NCBI RefSeq assembly: GCF_002571385.2 | Contig: NW_019218071.1 | Coordinates: 252,303-316,302 of the forward strand | Direction of reading: 5' to 3' | Source: Stylophora pistillata | Taxonomy: Eukaryota | Length of the DNA: 64,000 nucleotides | Part shown: positions 50,101-63,552 of the stretch, in pieces | Position numbering within the stretch: position 1 is the stretch's first letter | Layout of the letters: each line of letters opens with the position of its first letter | Notes under the pieces: model-generated | Seen by the model: only the letters and a program-made list of their open reading frames with translations | Databases searched by the model: none | What the model was told of the DNA's origin: nothing | Position numbers and translations under genes: made by a program

Positions 50101-53100
50101 TAATCAAAACCCTGATTGATACATGCATTTTATTTTTTCCAATGATATCAATCTAAGAACTCTTAAGATAACTAGAATAACCATGCACTACACTGATATT
50201 TATCAAGAAGTGTGTGGTCCCAGTGAAGAACTGGGTCTAGTGGTGAATGCAACTTGTTATTGGAAAATTGGTGAATAGTTGAAAATATTTGCTCCAATCA
50301 TCTGAAATTGGTTTTCATGTTGAGTGTGTGAACATTTCTTTTAAAGTAGCCCTGTGGATGGACCTGTGGATAGGTTAAGGGAGGAGGGGATAGTTCAGGG
50401 GGCCAATGCTGTTCCAAGATGAAAAATTGAACTTGGTTTTAATTTATCTTGTATAAGGCAGGTATGGTTTGAAATCTTGTTGCACTTTTTTTTTACTGTA
50501 AGCTAAAGGAGACATTACGGTAAAGAAAACAGTTAGAGTCTTTGGGAAGCCATAACACCCTCGTCAGATATTTGCTTAAATTGGCTTAACTTAATCAGCT
50601 TTTGATCCACATGGATCTAATGAATTCTGACAGTTTTTCCAATCATCCGGATCTCCTGATTGCCAGATTGTCTCTGTTGCATGAGAGGCTTTTGGTTATC
50701 ATCATCTCGTGACAAAAGATACATTGTGCCTTTTTACTGCTGCAGCTAGGCTATACAGCTGTAGGGAAGATATGGCCAGTTCATGAATGATTACAACAGC
50801 TGAATGATGAAAAATATTCTGTTTGGCCAGCTGTAAACCAAATTAAATATACAAATACGTGCAGCAGTATTTCATTTACCTTGAGCAAAAATACCTCATT
50901 TCTTGCCTGTTTCTTCTTGATTGGGACAATGTACATTTTCTCCAATGTATACGACATGAAAAGTTGACAGGAATGCACTCTGCAATGTAGATTTTTGAAA
51001 ACAATATTTAAGCTGTATCTAATGCGATAATCCTGAATCTGTTACATGTAGAAACTTTGTCATTTCTGTTTTCAAATACATAGGAACACACTGATTGGTC
51101 AAAAACCCAGTAAACCCATAGAAAATCTGAAGTTTGTTTTATAAAAGCAATAGACTTGAAAAGTTTATGCATCACTTGTCTCTGACTTGTGATTTACATC
51201 AGGGCTTTGGTCAAGTGGCACCCAGGGGCCCCTGGCACCTTACTTTTGCTCTTGGGTGACTCAGGAATCTTAGTTTTTTCATAAAAAGCATATGCTGGGC
51301 ACCCTGGATTCACAGTTTCAGAGCACTGGGCTTCCTTCAATTTTTCCTGGAGTACAGCCTTGTACATAATAAAAGGTTAGAAAGTATGGCCTACTGCTTA
51401 AATGTTTTGCATGTACTGGTAACTGTTTTTTTTTTTCATCTTTAATAGCATTTCCTGCACTAGTGGTGGCTGATAAGCAATTCTCTGGTGTAAACTTTTT
51501 TCTTCCTTCCTATTTTCATTGTAACACAGTTTTAAATATTTTTAATTAAGGAAAAATAGAAATTTGATTTTAAGTTTTGGTCATTAACATGTACCTTGAT
51601 GTTTCTATACAGTATTTATTTGACAAAAAAAAGGTAAAAAAAATTACAATTTATTAATACACTAAGTTGTTGTTTAAATTCCCCCTCACAAATGTGTAGA
51701 ACCAGATATGATGTAATAAGGTAAATAATTTAAGCTTAAAACTACTGACAGTTTTGATAATCCTTCAAGATCTTCCTGATACTTGGATAGACCTCTCTTC
51801 AAAATGACGGCAAAAATTTCAAAAATTTCAAAAATTTATGAGGTGCAAAAAATTTAAATCCATCCAGTAAGACAAGAGTGGGTTGACATATTGCATTTTC
51901 AAATCTATGGAGCCCTTGTTAATTTTTCATTTAAACCCTTGTGTTTAGGTTGAAACTTTCATCATACACCTGTGAGGAGTTATTTCATTTCCCTCTTCCT
52001 AAGTTACGACAGGAAATCTCATTCTAAAATTATATCTAGGAAAGTACTGAGATGGCATAAAACATGTGTTTTATCTTTTAATGATTTATGCAAAGGTGCA
52101 TGGAAGTAATTTCAAGGTTGAAGTTACATTTTATCCTGTTCAAAAATAAAAATATGCAGTGTAACCCTCATGTACATAGCATAGTGTGGAATAAAACTGT
52201 TGGATGAGCTATGGTCTGGTTCTATATATGGGGCAGTTGTCATTCTCTGCCAGCATTTAAATTTGGTTTATTGTTTCAAATCTGCAACTTTGTATGAATA
52301 AATTTGTGTTCTTAAGATATTTCTTAGTAGCCAGCCAGCTACAGTTTAAGGTTCAAATTTATTTAAGCTCAAGACAGGTTAATTTTTAACTGTCTTTTTT
52401 GAATTAAAAGTAGCTGTGGCTTTCGAAGAAATAGCCATTGAAAATGCCACAGCCAGAGCTTCTGCTACAGGAAATAGATTATTGTCTGAGAAATGTAAAT
52501 TAGTGACAAAAGACAAGGAAATAAATTGTGATTATCTGGTCATGCAATCTTGGCACTGCACTGAGCATGACCAAAAGACTTTGTCCTGTTGTGCTGTGTT
52601 TAAATCAGTTGTGACTTTCAGTCATGTACATTTAGCTTACAGCTTAGTATCTCCATGTTGTGAAGACTTCAGTGTTCATTTTACGCAATGTCAAGTTCAA
52701 ATGAGGGAGAACTTGAATGCCCCTTGAAAACCTTTTTTTAACACTGATAAAGTCACAATGGATAGCTCCAAGACCTATCATTCAGGGTTAAATCCTGTCA
52801 AGCATAACTACAGCTCACCTCATGTTAGTGTTTATCTTCTCAGGCTTCAGAGGGTAGGCCTTTTGCTTCTTTAAATCAATTGCTTATTATTTGTCAGGAA
52901 TGTAATTTAGGTACATGTAATTCAAATTAGACTCAAAGTATTTCTGAGATTTTTTTTACAAAATTTAGTGTATTTTGAGCAACGAAGGAAATGTTTTATT
53001 GCGTGAGTCTGTGTTGATAATAATAATTTAATTATTATGATAACCACATCTGTGCAAACATGTTTTGAATACGATCATATTACAGGTCATAATTGCCTCA

Positions 53101-56100
53101 TATGATAAGATATCATGTGCAAAAAATTAGAATTAATTTGCTCAAATTATAGATTATATTCCATTGTGTTGAAAATGTAATGATATTAAAATGATGATAG
53201 CCAATTAGACATTCAAGTTTAGGTTATTTACTGATTGTTTTACCTTCATGAACTTTTTTTTCTCATCCCCTCTTTTTCTAAAGTTAATACTGTGGTGTAG
53301 AGGTTAAGTACATGATATTTAATCATCCCTCAGGCCATATCTTTGTTAAAAATAATACTATTTTCAATTGGTACAGATACAACATTTGAAAGAAGCACAA
53401 CATCTTTTGACCTTTGTTTGAAGTGTCCAGCAAAGTCTAACCATCCACTAGATCAAAATTATAGAGAAATGTAACAAAGATATCCAAATTTTGAGAGTTT
53501 TTGTTGATTTTGAATTCATTATATTCTTCTTTGAAATTGTTGAATTTGATATATTGTAAGTTGTGATGGAAATTTTTTCCTCTGATCTTGCACATGCTAC
53601 CATTCTGTTTTTGTGATGTTTAAAAACCTTGCTTTATTTAAACTTCTCATTCTGGCATGATTTCAAAACAAGTCTCGTAGTTGTTTCCTGTGTGGCAGTT
53701 CTCAGGTAGTTCATCTGTTGTGGTGCATCATGGTAAAAGTGAGAAATCCACAGAAACAACTGAAGTGGTGTGGTAAGCATGTGGCCAAAACAGCAGATTC
53801 AGAGAATTGATCAATGTTAAAAGTTGAAAATAAATAAATTGTTATAAAGTCAGGGCTAACTTACCATGAGATATGTCTTCTTTCTACATGGCTGTGAATT
53901 CCTGTGAAAATATTACATGAAGACACAGGTGCACTTGTCCTCTGTGGCTAATCTTTCTTAAGTGTCATGTTCTTGAGTTCTTTGATTAAATTCCTTTTGT
54001 TGAATTTGTATTTAATCAGTTGTTGGCTTTTTGGGTTACAGTGTGTGGAAGATATGTGAAAAACGAAATCTTATGAACTCATTTGTCAGCGAAGCAGTGT
54101 AGACATGACTGTAACCCTCTTATGCGTTAACTCTAAATTAAATTAAAATCATTTTGTTTTTTAAAAGAAAAAAAAAATAGAACCACAAGAATGTGCTTAA
54201 ACATGAAGCCCTAAATATAAACCATGTATCAAAACAATATGGTTTCACCTTTAATCAACTTGAAGCATGCAAATACTGTACATGTGATACCATAGATGAA
54301 GTTCACAATTAAAAAGAAAAGCATTCTTAAATTTGGTCTTTAGGGTGTTTCTCAGTGTATATGCAAGAAACAGTAATGAAAAATGTCATCTTTGATTGTG
54401 ATCACTTTTGTTCTAACTACTGAATCCAGGCATTCTTGTTTTAGGTTCATCCACTTTTTTCTATTTAATGACATAATGAATGGCTCCTCATATGTGAGTA
54501 GCTCTGATTGTTTATTCCCCATGGGGTGCGTGCTCTGTAATTGATCTTAATGGCTTCTACAATTCATATTCTTTTGTCCACTCACTTCATTGTCCAAGAT
54601 CAATCTTTTTCTCCCAGAGCACTGTGGTTTCCTGTCCCTTGTGTGACATTTTTTCCTAATTAAAAAAAATTTTTCACCAAAGATTGGTTCCCTTAATTTT
54701 AACTGCACACTTTCACAGTTAAAAAGTGGGCATTTCTGTTTATTTGAGACAATTGACTGTACTCCGAAGAGATAATCTTAATTATATACAATTTCTTCAC
54801 ATGTTATTGTGTATAAATTAAGCTGGCATGTATTGTTTACATAAATTACAGTGTTTTGTTGAATAAATCTGAGTCAACATGGGTAAAAGTATGGCAATTT
54901 TGATTAAGATAAACATACTTTTAAATTATTGCCTCTAAAAGGCAACTGATGCACCAAAAGAACTCAAATAAATGTTTCTCAAATCTGTTTACCTTTCAAC
55001 TTGAGCTTAAGACTTTAAACAAACACAGCAGGTTGTTTGATAAGGACTTCAGTCAAATAAAGTTTATTAATTAAATGCTCCTGAAATAAAGGAAAACATT
55101 TGAAACTTGTGTGAGATTTAGTAATATCCTGACTTTGGTTAAACCACAACTAAGGTAAACATCACAGGGAACAGAAGGCCAATTGAATTATAATTATAAA
55201 GAAATATATGGAAAAATTTCTTCCATTGAAATTGTTCTGCACCACTAACATACTGGTATGTTACTTTAATTTATTCACAATTTCTATCAGTGTTGTTCAG
55301 TTGCCAAGATTGTGAAATTAATGAAGAGAATTTTATTCTTTCGTTCGCAGCTTCATTTAGCAGCTTTGGCTTCTCTGAAAACAGAAATTGTTGAGCTAAC
55401 AGGGAAGGTTCAACAGTTGACTGAGGAACGAGACCAACTGCAAGCTTCCCTTGCACATGCTGCTCAGGAACGTAAAGATTTAATTCATGATTATGAGGAC
55501 AGGCTAACTTCTCAAGCCCACCAGAGTGAACAACACATCACTGAGCTACAGAGTGTGATAGCTGAACTCAACAAGAAATTGTCTCAGTCTGCTGTGGATA
55601 AGTTTGATGAATCTGAAGAGCATGAAATAGAGTCTCAGACATCAGAACGTGGTGAGGCAAAAATAACTCAATAATCTTTATCAATGTCTTTAATGAGCTG
55701 TGCAGGCATGCATTTCTTAGTTTTAAGGAAGAAACAATGTTTCTTTCTTGTTACAAAGAAACATAAGGTTGCTTACATTATGGGATGCTACACACAGTGT
55801 TCTTATGCAAGAGCAGTTATGATGATGGATCAATTATCCTAACAAATTAAATTTGTGTTTGGAAGAGCATGATACTGTACATGTAGTGTGTTGTGAAATC
55901 TTAGGCTGGTTGTTGATGTGACATTGAAATGAAAAGTTTCTCTAAGATACAAATTTCAAATTTGTAGTTATTGTACCTGAAAATGTCAAAGAGATTAAAT
56001 TCACCATCTTGGTCCAATTTGAAACAAATTCAAAAGAATAAAGGCTGAGGGTTTTGAAAGAAACTGTTTGGGGCTACGTCGGTGGGAGTAACGAAATAAT

Positions 56101-59100
56101 TTGGATATATCAAACAAAAAACAAAACAAATTTAAAAAAAAACAAATTAAAAAAAAAAAACAAATTCAGTCCTCTAAGTGGCCCATGTGATAATGGCTGA
56201 TAGGAAACATATGAATATTGTATGAATGTCTGAGGTTTTTTGACGTGGTGATGCACAATGTGCCTCCTCCTACAGTAACAATTAATTTTTAGTGTTTCTC
56301 GGACTGTAGTAAATTTTAGAAATGAGATAAACTGGGTCTGTATCACCTTATGACTCACAGATGATGGAAATCCAACTGATCAAATTACAGAACATCTTGA
56401 ATCATAAAGTGATGGATCATCAGTTGACATGATATTTTGTTTAAGGCTTGCAGTTTTAACTGCATTTTGAAATTAAAATTTCAAAATGTCGTAATCTACA
56501 TAAGAAGTACTTTCCAATGATCATGTTAAGTGATACCTTACCAGTGAACTCATTACTTTGTCTCTCAGATATATTTGTTATCTTGATTAGGTTCTCAGAG
56601 TGATTCTGACAGTCTGGCTTCAGAGGAAGGTGTTAATGATGACAACACTGATGATGAATTATCTAAAGTAGTTGGTGGGTTGGAGTTTGCTATTGATAGA
56701 CAAGATAAAGATTCCAAAGTAGAGGAAAAGAAACCAACTGTTGAGGAAGGCATTAAACCCAAGGAAGAGAAAGCCACAGAAGATACTGAGAAAAAAACCC
56801 TGCATCAATTACAATCTGTAAGTACACAGGCAAGATTTTCTTAAGGGGAGGGGGGAGGTGAAGAGTGTTCCGCTGTAACATCTTCTTGGCCTTTAGGGTC
56901 AAGGAGGGGTCAGTTGGAGCCGCATACCATTACTGGTATCATTTTAACTGTCATGGAAGGCATATACAGGTCCTACAGGGCCACTAGCTGTTAGGGCCTC
57001 TGGCTTGTGTCCAACACTACATTTTCTTGACTCTTGAGTTGCTTCTTCTTTTTTTTTTTTTTTCCTTAAGGGAAGGGAGGGGTCCTGGTCCTTTTATTAT
57101 TACGTGTTTGTCATTCAGATTTCATCAAGTTTGGTCTTCATTATTTCTCTCTTGTTGCAGCTTGCAAAACCTCTTGACACAGACAGGACGTCTAAAGAAC
57201 ATGAAGAACTACAGTCTAAATGCAGAGAGCTTAGAGTTCAGTGTCTAGAACTGGAAAAGAAGAAACAGTTGTGTAAGTGTATTTTGTCCCTTGGAAGCTG
57301 TATACGCCTGGTGTTCCTGCTTTGTATACACCTTCCCTGGTGTTCCTGCTCTATGGGATAAATGTTGCATTAATTTTTTAATCTCTACTCCAAGTTTACG
57401 AAATTTGATTTACCCAATTTCTACTTGATGTTTAAGTGGCCCTTGCAATATTTATAGTTTGTAATAATAGTGATGATCTTAATGATAGTGATGATTATCG
57501 TAATAATATATAGCAATTATTCACGAAAGTAGAGGTGAAAAGTGGAGGAATTTTACCTCGCCACTTTGCAGCGAAGTAAATATTCACTACTTTCACCGAC
57601 ACGGGTGAATAGATACCAGACAATTTATTTGTTTCAATATATATAGAAAATTGAACTCTTGACGCGCGATTTTGTCTCTGTGGTTGCTCGGAGGTGAATC
57701 GTACTTGTGATTCACTTCCGAAATAGCCAATTAACGCGCGCGAAAAGCACTGTTTACTTGTTTGGTCTTTACTAGATAATTATATCGATGATGTATTGTT
57801 TTTTCTTTTTTCGCAGTGGAACGTCAGCTACAGCAGACAAGTTTAAAAGAGTGGGTATCTCGAAAAAAGTCTTCTGGAAGCACAGAGGTAAGTTTCTTTG
57901 ATTGAAGTGTTTGACTACTGAGTTGTTTGGTGTGATTGTGAAAATGATCACGAGGCCCTACATGTTTATAGGCTGATTAGCGCTAGCCCAGGGTTAAATT
58001 TTACTTAAAGTTTCTTTATCCCTTTATTCAAAAGCCTTTTTCGGATATTTTTTTTTTTATTTTTCTGTTGTTAGGGTGTGAAAGGTGCACAGATGACATA
58101 CTATAGCTCAAGCGTAGATTTTGAAGAAGGTGGCAAACTGACCAACCAAAAAGCAAGCGAAACCTTTTCACTGACTGCCTGAGCAGACGCTGTTATCAGT
58201 AATTCGTTTCAAATTCTTTTCTCTTCCATTAAAACACAAAATCGAAACGAGGCGTCTGCTACCGCAGGCTACCTTTTTACTGATAACCAGCGGGGCTTGT
58301 CAACCCCTCTTGAGAACAAATAAACAAGCAAATTAAGCGAGGCAAAAACCATAATGGAAGCCTGTCCATGGATTACGTATGTCGCTAGATCCTTTGGGAG
58401 AGAGAAATTTGTTGTTAGGCGGAGTTCCTCACTAACATGTTACCGGAACTGGCCGTTTGTTTGTTTGTTTGTTTGTTTGTTTGTTTGTATTCTGCGTACA
58501 CTGTGCAAGCAACATGTAGGTGACAGTTGCTCGTGTTATTTCTAATACATATGGTAATTTTCTATGATTTTGATTTGTCTCTCGGCAGGAGCTACAGTCG
58601 ATAACTACTGAAAGAGACGGTCTGAAGGCAAAACTGAGAAAAAGTGAGGTTGATTTGGAACAGGTCAGATCGGAGAATCAGGGCTTCAGAGAGGAGAGAG
58701 ACAGACTCAGGAGAAGGGTAAGCTGTCAAACTAGTTTGAACACTTTTCAGGCCATGACAGATAACTCTTGGAAGAAAAATGTTCTGCAGGCAAGTAGTGG
58801 TTGTAGCGGCCGCTTTGCTTGTGCAACAGGCCGCGTGAAAACCAAGGGTATGCGCCAATACGTCTAACAATCAAGACCGATGTTTATTTTTAACCACGGT
58901 CAATTACAACGTTATTTTGAGACGATACTCACTAAGCTATCCGGATGACTGTCGAAGACTGTCATGGAACATGCCTATGAAGGGGTTTCAAGTGATGCTT
59001 GACTAGCTCGTTAACTAAACCACAAAACACCCGTCTTAGCAAAAAGGTTTTTTCTGCTTTTCTCCACGAGGGAACTTATATTAAAGGTCCCGTATGAAAA

Positions 59101-62100
59101 CTAGGAATGACGGGATGCGTCACGCAACACTAAACGACTGGGAAGGCGTGACAGTGGTATAGTTTTTATTTCAGTTCCAAGGATAAAAACGTATATCTTA
59201 TGTTACAATATATTTAAAGCATGTTACATTTTGCACTATCTTAGATTTGCCACTGTATGGTTAGCAGTTGCCTTCTTGCCCTCTCTCATGAGAGTTCAGC
59301 TGTGCCAAAAAAGGAATGGAATTTTAAGCAATTGAGTGCTCTGTTAGAATATTTGAAACGATTACTAATCAAATTTATCTTTGAATGTTGTTCCAGTTTT
59401 GACTATGTGATTTAAGTAATCCCTGGAAATTTGGTATAGTTAAAAGAAAAAAATCATTTTTGTGGTTCTGTAAACGTGTACAAACTTTGGATAGATAACA
59501 GGTTTTTCAAAATATTTTTGTCATTGTTGTCAGGTTCTTGAAATGCAGGATCAATTGAAGCTTCTTCACCAGAAATCACTTCAATACGAACAACAAGCAA
59601 GAACACGAGCAAACAGCATGCAGGGACCTGGTAGCCAGCCCAGGTCCCCAAGTACACCGCGGCGAAACACTCAACCATCATCCGGCCAATCAGGAACCCG
59701 AACCCATACCAGGCAGGCTAGTGTCGGCGCAGCCTCTGATATCTCGGGCAAAGAAGGTTTTTTAACATCGCCTCGTATTTCACGGCGCTCAAGCACCGAT
59801 AATTTAAGTATTCACAGCCACGGCCGAAGCTCTCAGTCCACTCCAAATGGACAGGTCCGCAGACCAAGTATTTCGGGAGCAGTGTGGGCGTCTGCTGACG
59901 GCAGCTCGCCAATGCCGTTACGTCACCCATCAGGTAGTGTCCAGTCGATCTCAAGTCAGGCGTTCTGGAGGCCTGGTGCTACTAGTGATCTGGGATCGTC
60001 TATGCATGGTTCCACTCAGGAGATTACTGTTGTTGCTAAAATGGTGGATGATGGTACATACAGTGGAGGAATTACAGGGATGAGTTGTATTAAAGCTCTC
60101 GTGAGTAACATACCTTTTCGTACACACCTAATTGCGATAACATTGTCATAGGAAAGAGCTAAAAGAAAAAAATTAAAAAAGCCAAATTCGAACTTCAATT
60201 TTCAGAAACGTTTGAAATTTCTGAACAAACATTTGATGCTCTCAAGAAGTCTGAAAGAAATTTTCAGTGGAAATTCTGTGAAAATGGTTCGGCTGCCCTG
60301 CCTATAGGTACAAAACTCAAGTTATATTTCGCTCTTTGAGCAACGAAGTTTTGTGAGCAAAAATGATAAAGGTATCGGGCATCAACTAAAGCTAGAATAA
60401 ACAGAATAACTAGGCTTTCCCTTTCTTACTGCAAAAACACTGGTTTCCAAACGTGTAGTGCATCAGACAAATGATTATGGATGTTTCCTTTTTTCTTTTT
60501 TTTTTATTTTGACGTATTTACTTATTTTTTACCTTTGACAGAGTCAATTACCAGAATTTGTTTCAGACAAGATGCCTTCTGACCTTGTCCGAGCTCTTGA
60601 AAGTTGTAGGACAGCCCAAGATGTGTTCAAAGCCCTGTTTACTTATTGCGACGCACAGGCAGACAAAAGGCTCAAGGAGTACGAACTAGAACTAGAAATG
60701 CTAACAAGTCGGTTTGACCATTTACAAGCTCAAAATAATGTTGTTTCGTTGTCTTTGGAAGAAAGTAGAAACAATGCGGACAGGATGTGTTATTTGATGG
60801 GAAAATACGAGTCAAATTCTACAGCGCTTCAGTTGGCATTGAACTTTTCTGACCGTGTCATTGAGGCATATGAGGTCTTGTTGCAGCTTTCCGAAGCAGA
60901 GCAGGCAAGACTTTTTGCAAACTGTCGAGCGGCTGGGGTTAAAACTGGTCTACATAGCTACGCCAGCTCTCCGACGGATTCGACCTACAGACTCATTTAC
61001 GAAGAAGCGGAAGCCGATGACAACGATCGGGTTCCCGAAGATGTTGAATCGTGTGTGAATCGGAGAAGAACGGCCGAGAACGAAGCCCGGATGTTGTTGC
61101 AAAAGCTCGATCGAAACTTCGAGAGCCAAACTAACGCCGGTCAACCTTGGGATTCAGTATCATCAAATAGTAGAACTAGCTCGACAGGGTCATCCAATGA
61201 TATGGAGTTTACTCCCGAGGAAGAAGCAAGATTAAAAAGTTACATTCAACAATTAAAATCCGAAAGGTCAACAGTGAGCTTAACGGTGATTGAATTGGAA
61301 AGTTTGCACGAAGTCGCCCAGCCCAAAGATTTGAAACTGGAACCGCTAGATCCTAAAGTGGATCTGGAAAATGCCGTGCTAATGCAGGAACTAATGGCTC
61401 TGAAGGAAGAAAAAGCTGAATTAAAAGCTAAGAACTATTTAATTGAAAAGGAGAAGAAAGCTTTAGAGTTGAAGATCACATCACGTGACGCCCAAGAACA
61501 GGCTTACTTGGTTCACATTGAACATTTGAAAACTGAGATGCAGGATGAAATCAGGAGAAGAAGAAGGATTCAGAAGGACGCTGGCGTCGCTAGTAGCAAG
61601 GTTGGTAAAACTACCCTAAGATTTTCAGTGCGTCTGGTGCAGAAGACACAGGGCATAATAAAAGCTAGGCGGATAAACATACAGGATTTTTTCAAAAGTT
61701 CTATCAAAGTATGTGTCCCTCGAACGGTGGTTTTCCGATGATAAAAATGAAATTCCACCTCTTTCACCGCCAAGTCATGCATGATCTTAAGTTTATGAAC
61801 GATTTATTTCTTTCAGTCGGACGAGAAGTCAGGGGGAAGTCCCTCCGGCACCCCGTCAATCACCCTCGCTGAATTCAAAACATCAGATGAAGACATTCCA
61901 CCGGACCTGTATGAAGCTGCCAGGAGAGAGAAGAAACTTAAGGCAAGAATCCAGGAACTCGTAGAAACTTTGGAAACCCTCTCTAAAAACTCGGAAACAA
62001 GGCATCAGCAGACAGCAGAATACGTGGCAGACTTGAAGAAAGCAAATGGTGCGCTTGTGGCGGCATACGAGAAAGCTAAGAACAAACACGGAGCCAGGCT

Positions 62101-62580
62101 CAGAAAGCTAGAGCAACAGATGATTACCATGGTGGAGAGACACGACGCACAGGTGAGAAATGTAGTGGAACTCGCATGCGTGCGTGTGTATGTGTGATTC
62201 ACAGTTACAATCGCTTTCAGTTTACACAAGTGATCACGCAGTTGTACGCCACTTCGTGGTGAGTTTAGCAGGTTAGGCTCAGCTATGTTTATGTCTAGCT
62301 AGTGTAACATTTTGATCTTATCTTAAAGCCAAGGGAAGGTTTTTGCTCGTTAGGAAATGAATGTGCTGCCGACAGTATTCCTAGTAGATGTGCGATCCTT
62401 TTTAAGAGATGTACACGGAACCGAAGATAGTATACCCAGTGTGGTGCATTAAGTTGTTTCCTTGCGATGATTTTTCGCTTTTTTTTTTTTTTTTAGGTAC
62501 GAACAATGAAAGAGAGGATATCGCTTCTTGAGGAGGAATTGAAGACCACGGTAGCTCGGCAAAACGAAACGGCTCTTTAG
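42806..62580 (+). CDS. MCC: Colorectal mutant cancer protein (MCC)-like, 1121 aa, 11 exons
   Basis: Exons 42806-42942, 43212-43554, 55351-55651, 56591-56817, 57161-57272, 57817-57887, 58589-58717, 59534-60100, 60542-61600, 61817-62152, 62497-62580 (3366 nt, frame-consistent). Diagnostic segments: LHLAALASLKTEIVEL..ITELQSVIAELNKK, GKYESNSTALQLAL, DLENAVLMQELMALKEE, RREKKLKARIQEL, C-terminal NETAL. Confidence 0.92.
45681..45856. mobile_element. Short MITE with CAGGGCT termini; a similar one lies at 51200-51362
   Basis: cagggctcaatactaac ... gttagtgtcaagccctg. Confidence 0.6.
46830..47140. mobile_element. Hairpin-ended dispersed element (palindrome at 46830-46950)
   Basis: aacaataattccacaagcgc...gcgcgagtggaatagttgtt. 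Apex on minus is CTCG-gcac-TAC-gcgc-CTCG. Confidence 0.65.
47151..48121. mobile_element. Non-autonomous DNA transposon, ~75-bp TIRs, TA target duplication
   Basis: TA|cgggagatgacaaaatgtggagccctactc...aaaaat pairs with atttttaggg...gagtagggttccacattttgccatttcctg|TA. Confidence 0.7.
57510..57780. mobile_element. Degenerate hairpin-ended element (hairpin at ~57515-57612, ccaat..cgcgcgcg block near the other end)
   Basis: tattcacg..gtgaaaagtgga..tttac / gtaaa.tattcactactttcacc..gtgaata. Same overall layout as the 30176-30554 element in reverse. Confidence 0.5.
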
Positions 62581-63177
62581 TTTCGACATGCCAGTGACGT
62601 AATATCGTCGCGAGAACTGTCACTTCTTTTGCAGAATGAGATAGCGTCAGGGTTCCCCGTCATTAGTCCACATTCCACGTTGCGTTAAACTGTAAACGAG
62701 TAAGGTCGAAAGGTGGAATAGGAGCTAGCCTTCTTAGGAAGTGCATGTGACCAGTAGGTGTTCCATGACCTCTATACACGAGTACCCCTTAGACGCGTCC
62801 GTAACAACAACGTGACAGTTGTGTGTCTTACGCATTGTGGGACAATTTCTCCTTGGCTAGAATTTCGAGTTCATTTTGCAAATACTTAGCATAATGCCTT
62901 TATCTGCTGAAAAATATTTTATTAATAATATTTAAGACCTTCACGGCTGGAGGAATAATTGCTTCTGTAAATACCTACAATTCAGGCTTGAGAAAGTCTT
63001 GAAGTAGCAACACTTCCAAGGGTGATTTTTTCAGCCTGATGAGGTTAGCAAGGGTCTCGTACTGTTGATATTTTCTTGGCCTCCCTCAGTAGCTTTTTTA
63101 TTACATAACAGAAAACTAAAGGATTCTCAATTTACTTTCATTTTTCAGTAAACAATGCTGCTGAATAAAATTTTATT

Positions 63178-63552
63178 AGGGACCTTAAGCAATAAGGACT
63201 GCAGAGGCGAAGAAGTTTAAAAAATGGACTTTCTTTTCAGTTAGAATTCTGCGGATGGCTGGATGTGTTTATTGTCTCTTACGGCGCCATAACTCAGCTT
63301 CAGTATGACGTTTGTGAACAGCGTTGAGTTTCAAAAGGAAATTTGAATAATTTGTCGTCGGAGTTTCCGTTCTCAGATCACGTAACCTCTGGATGATTCC
63401 ATGTTGCTGTTTTGCAAAGACTAGGAAATTCCCAAAGCTTTAAAAGGCGCGTGCTGAGCTTTTATTCTTTCCATTAAATCTTGTTTTTTTTTTTTTTTTT
63501 TTCTCGTCCCTGTTGCTGTTGCCGTCGCCGTCGTGGTTTGCTTAAGGTCCTT
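63178..63552. mobile_element. MITE with AGGGACCTTAAGCAA terminal inverted repeats
   Basis: agggaccttaagcaa ... ttgcttaaggtcctt. Confidence 0.7.

Noticed and set aside
43555-55350. ORFs in the large MCC intron (for example 46041-46499 and 52416-52727) as nested genes or alternative exons
   Set aside because: AT-rich random-like translations with no phase-compatible exon supported.
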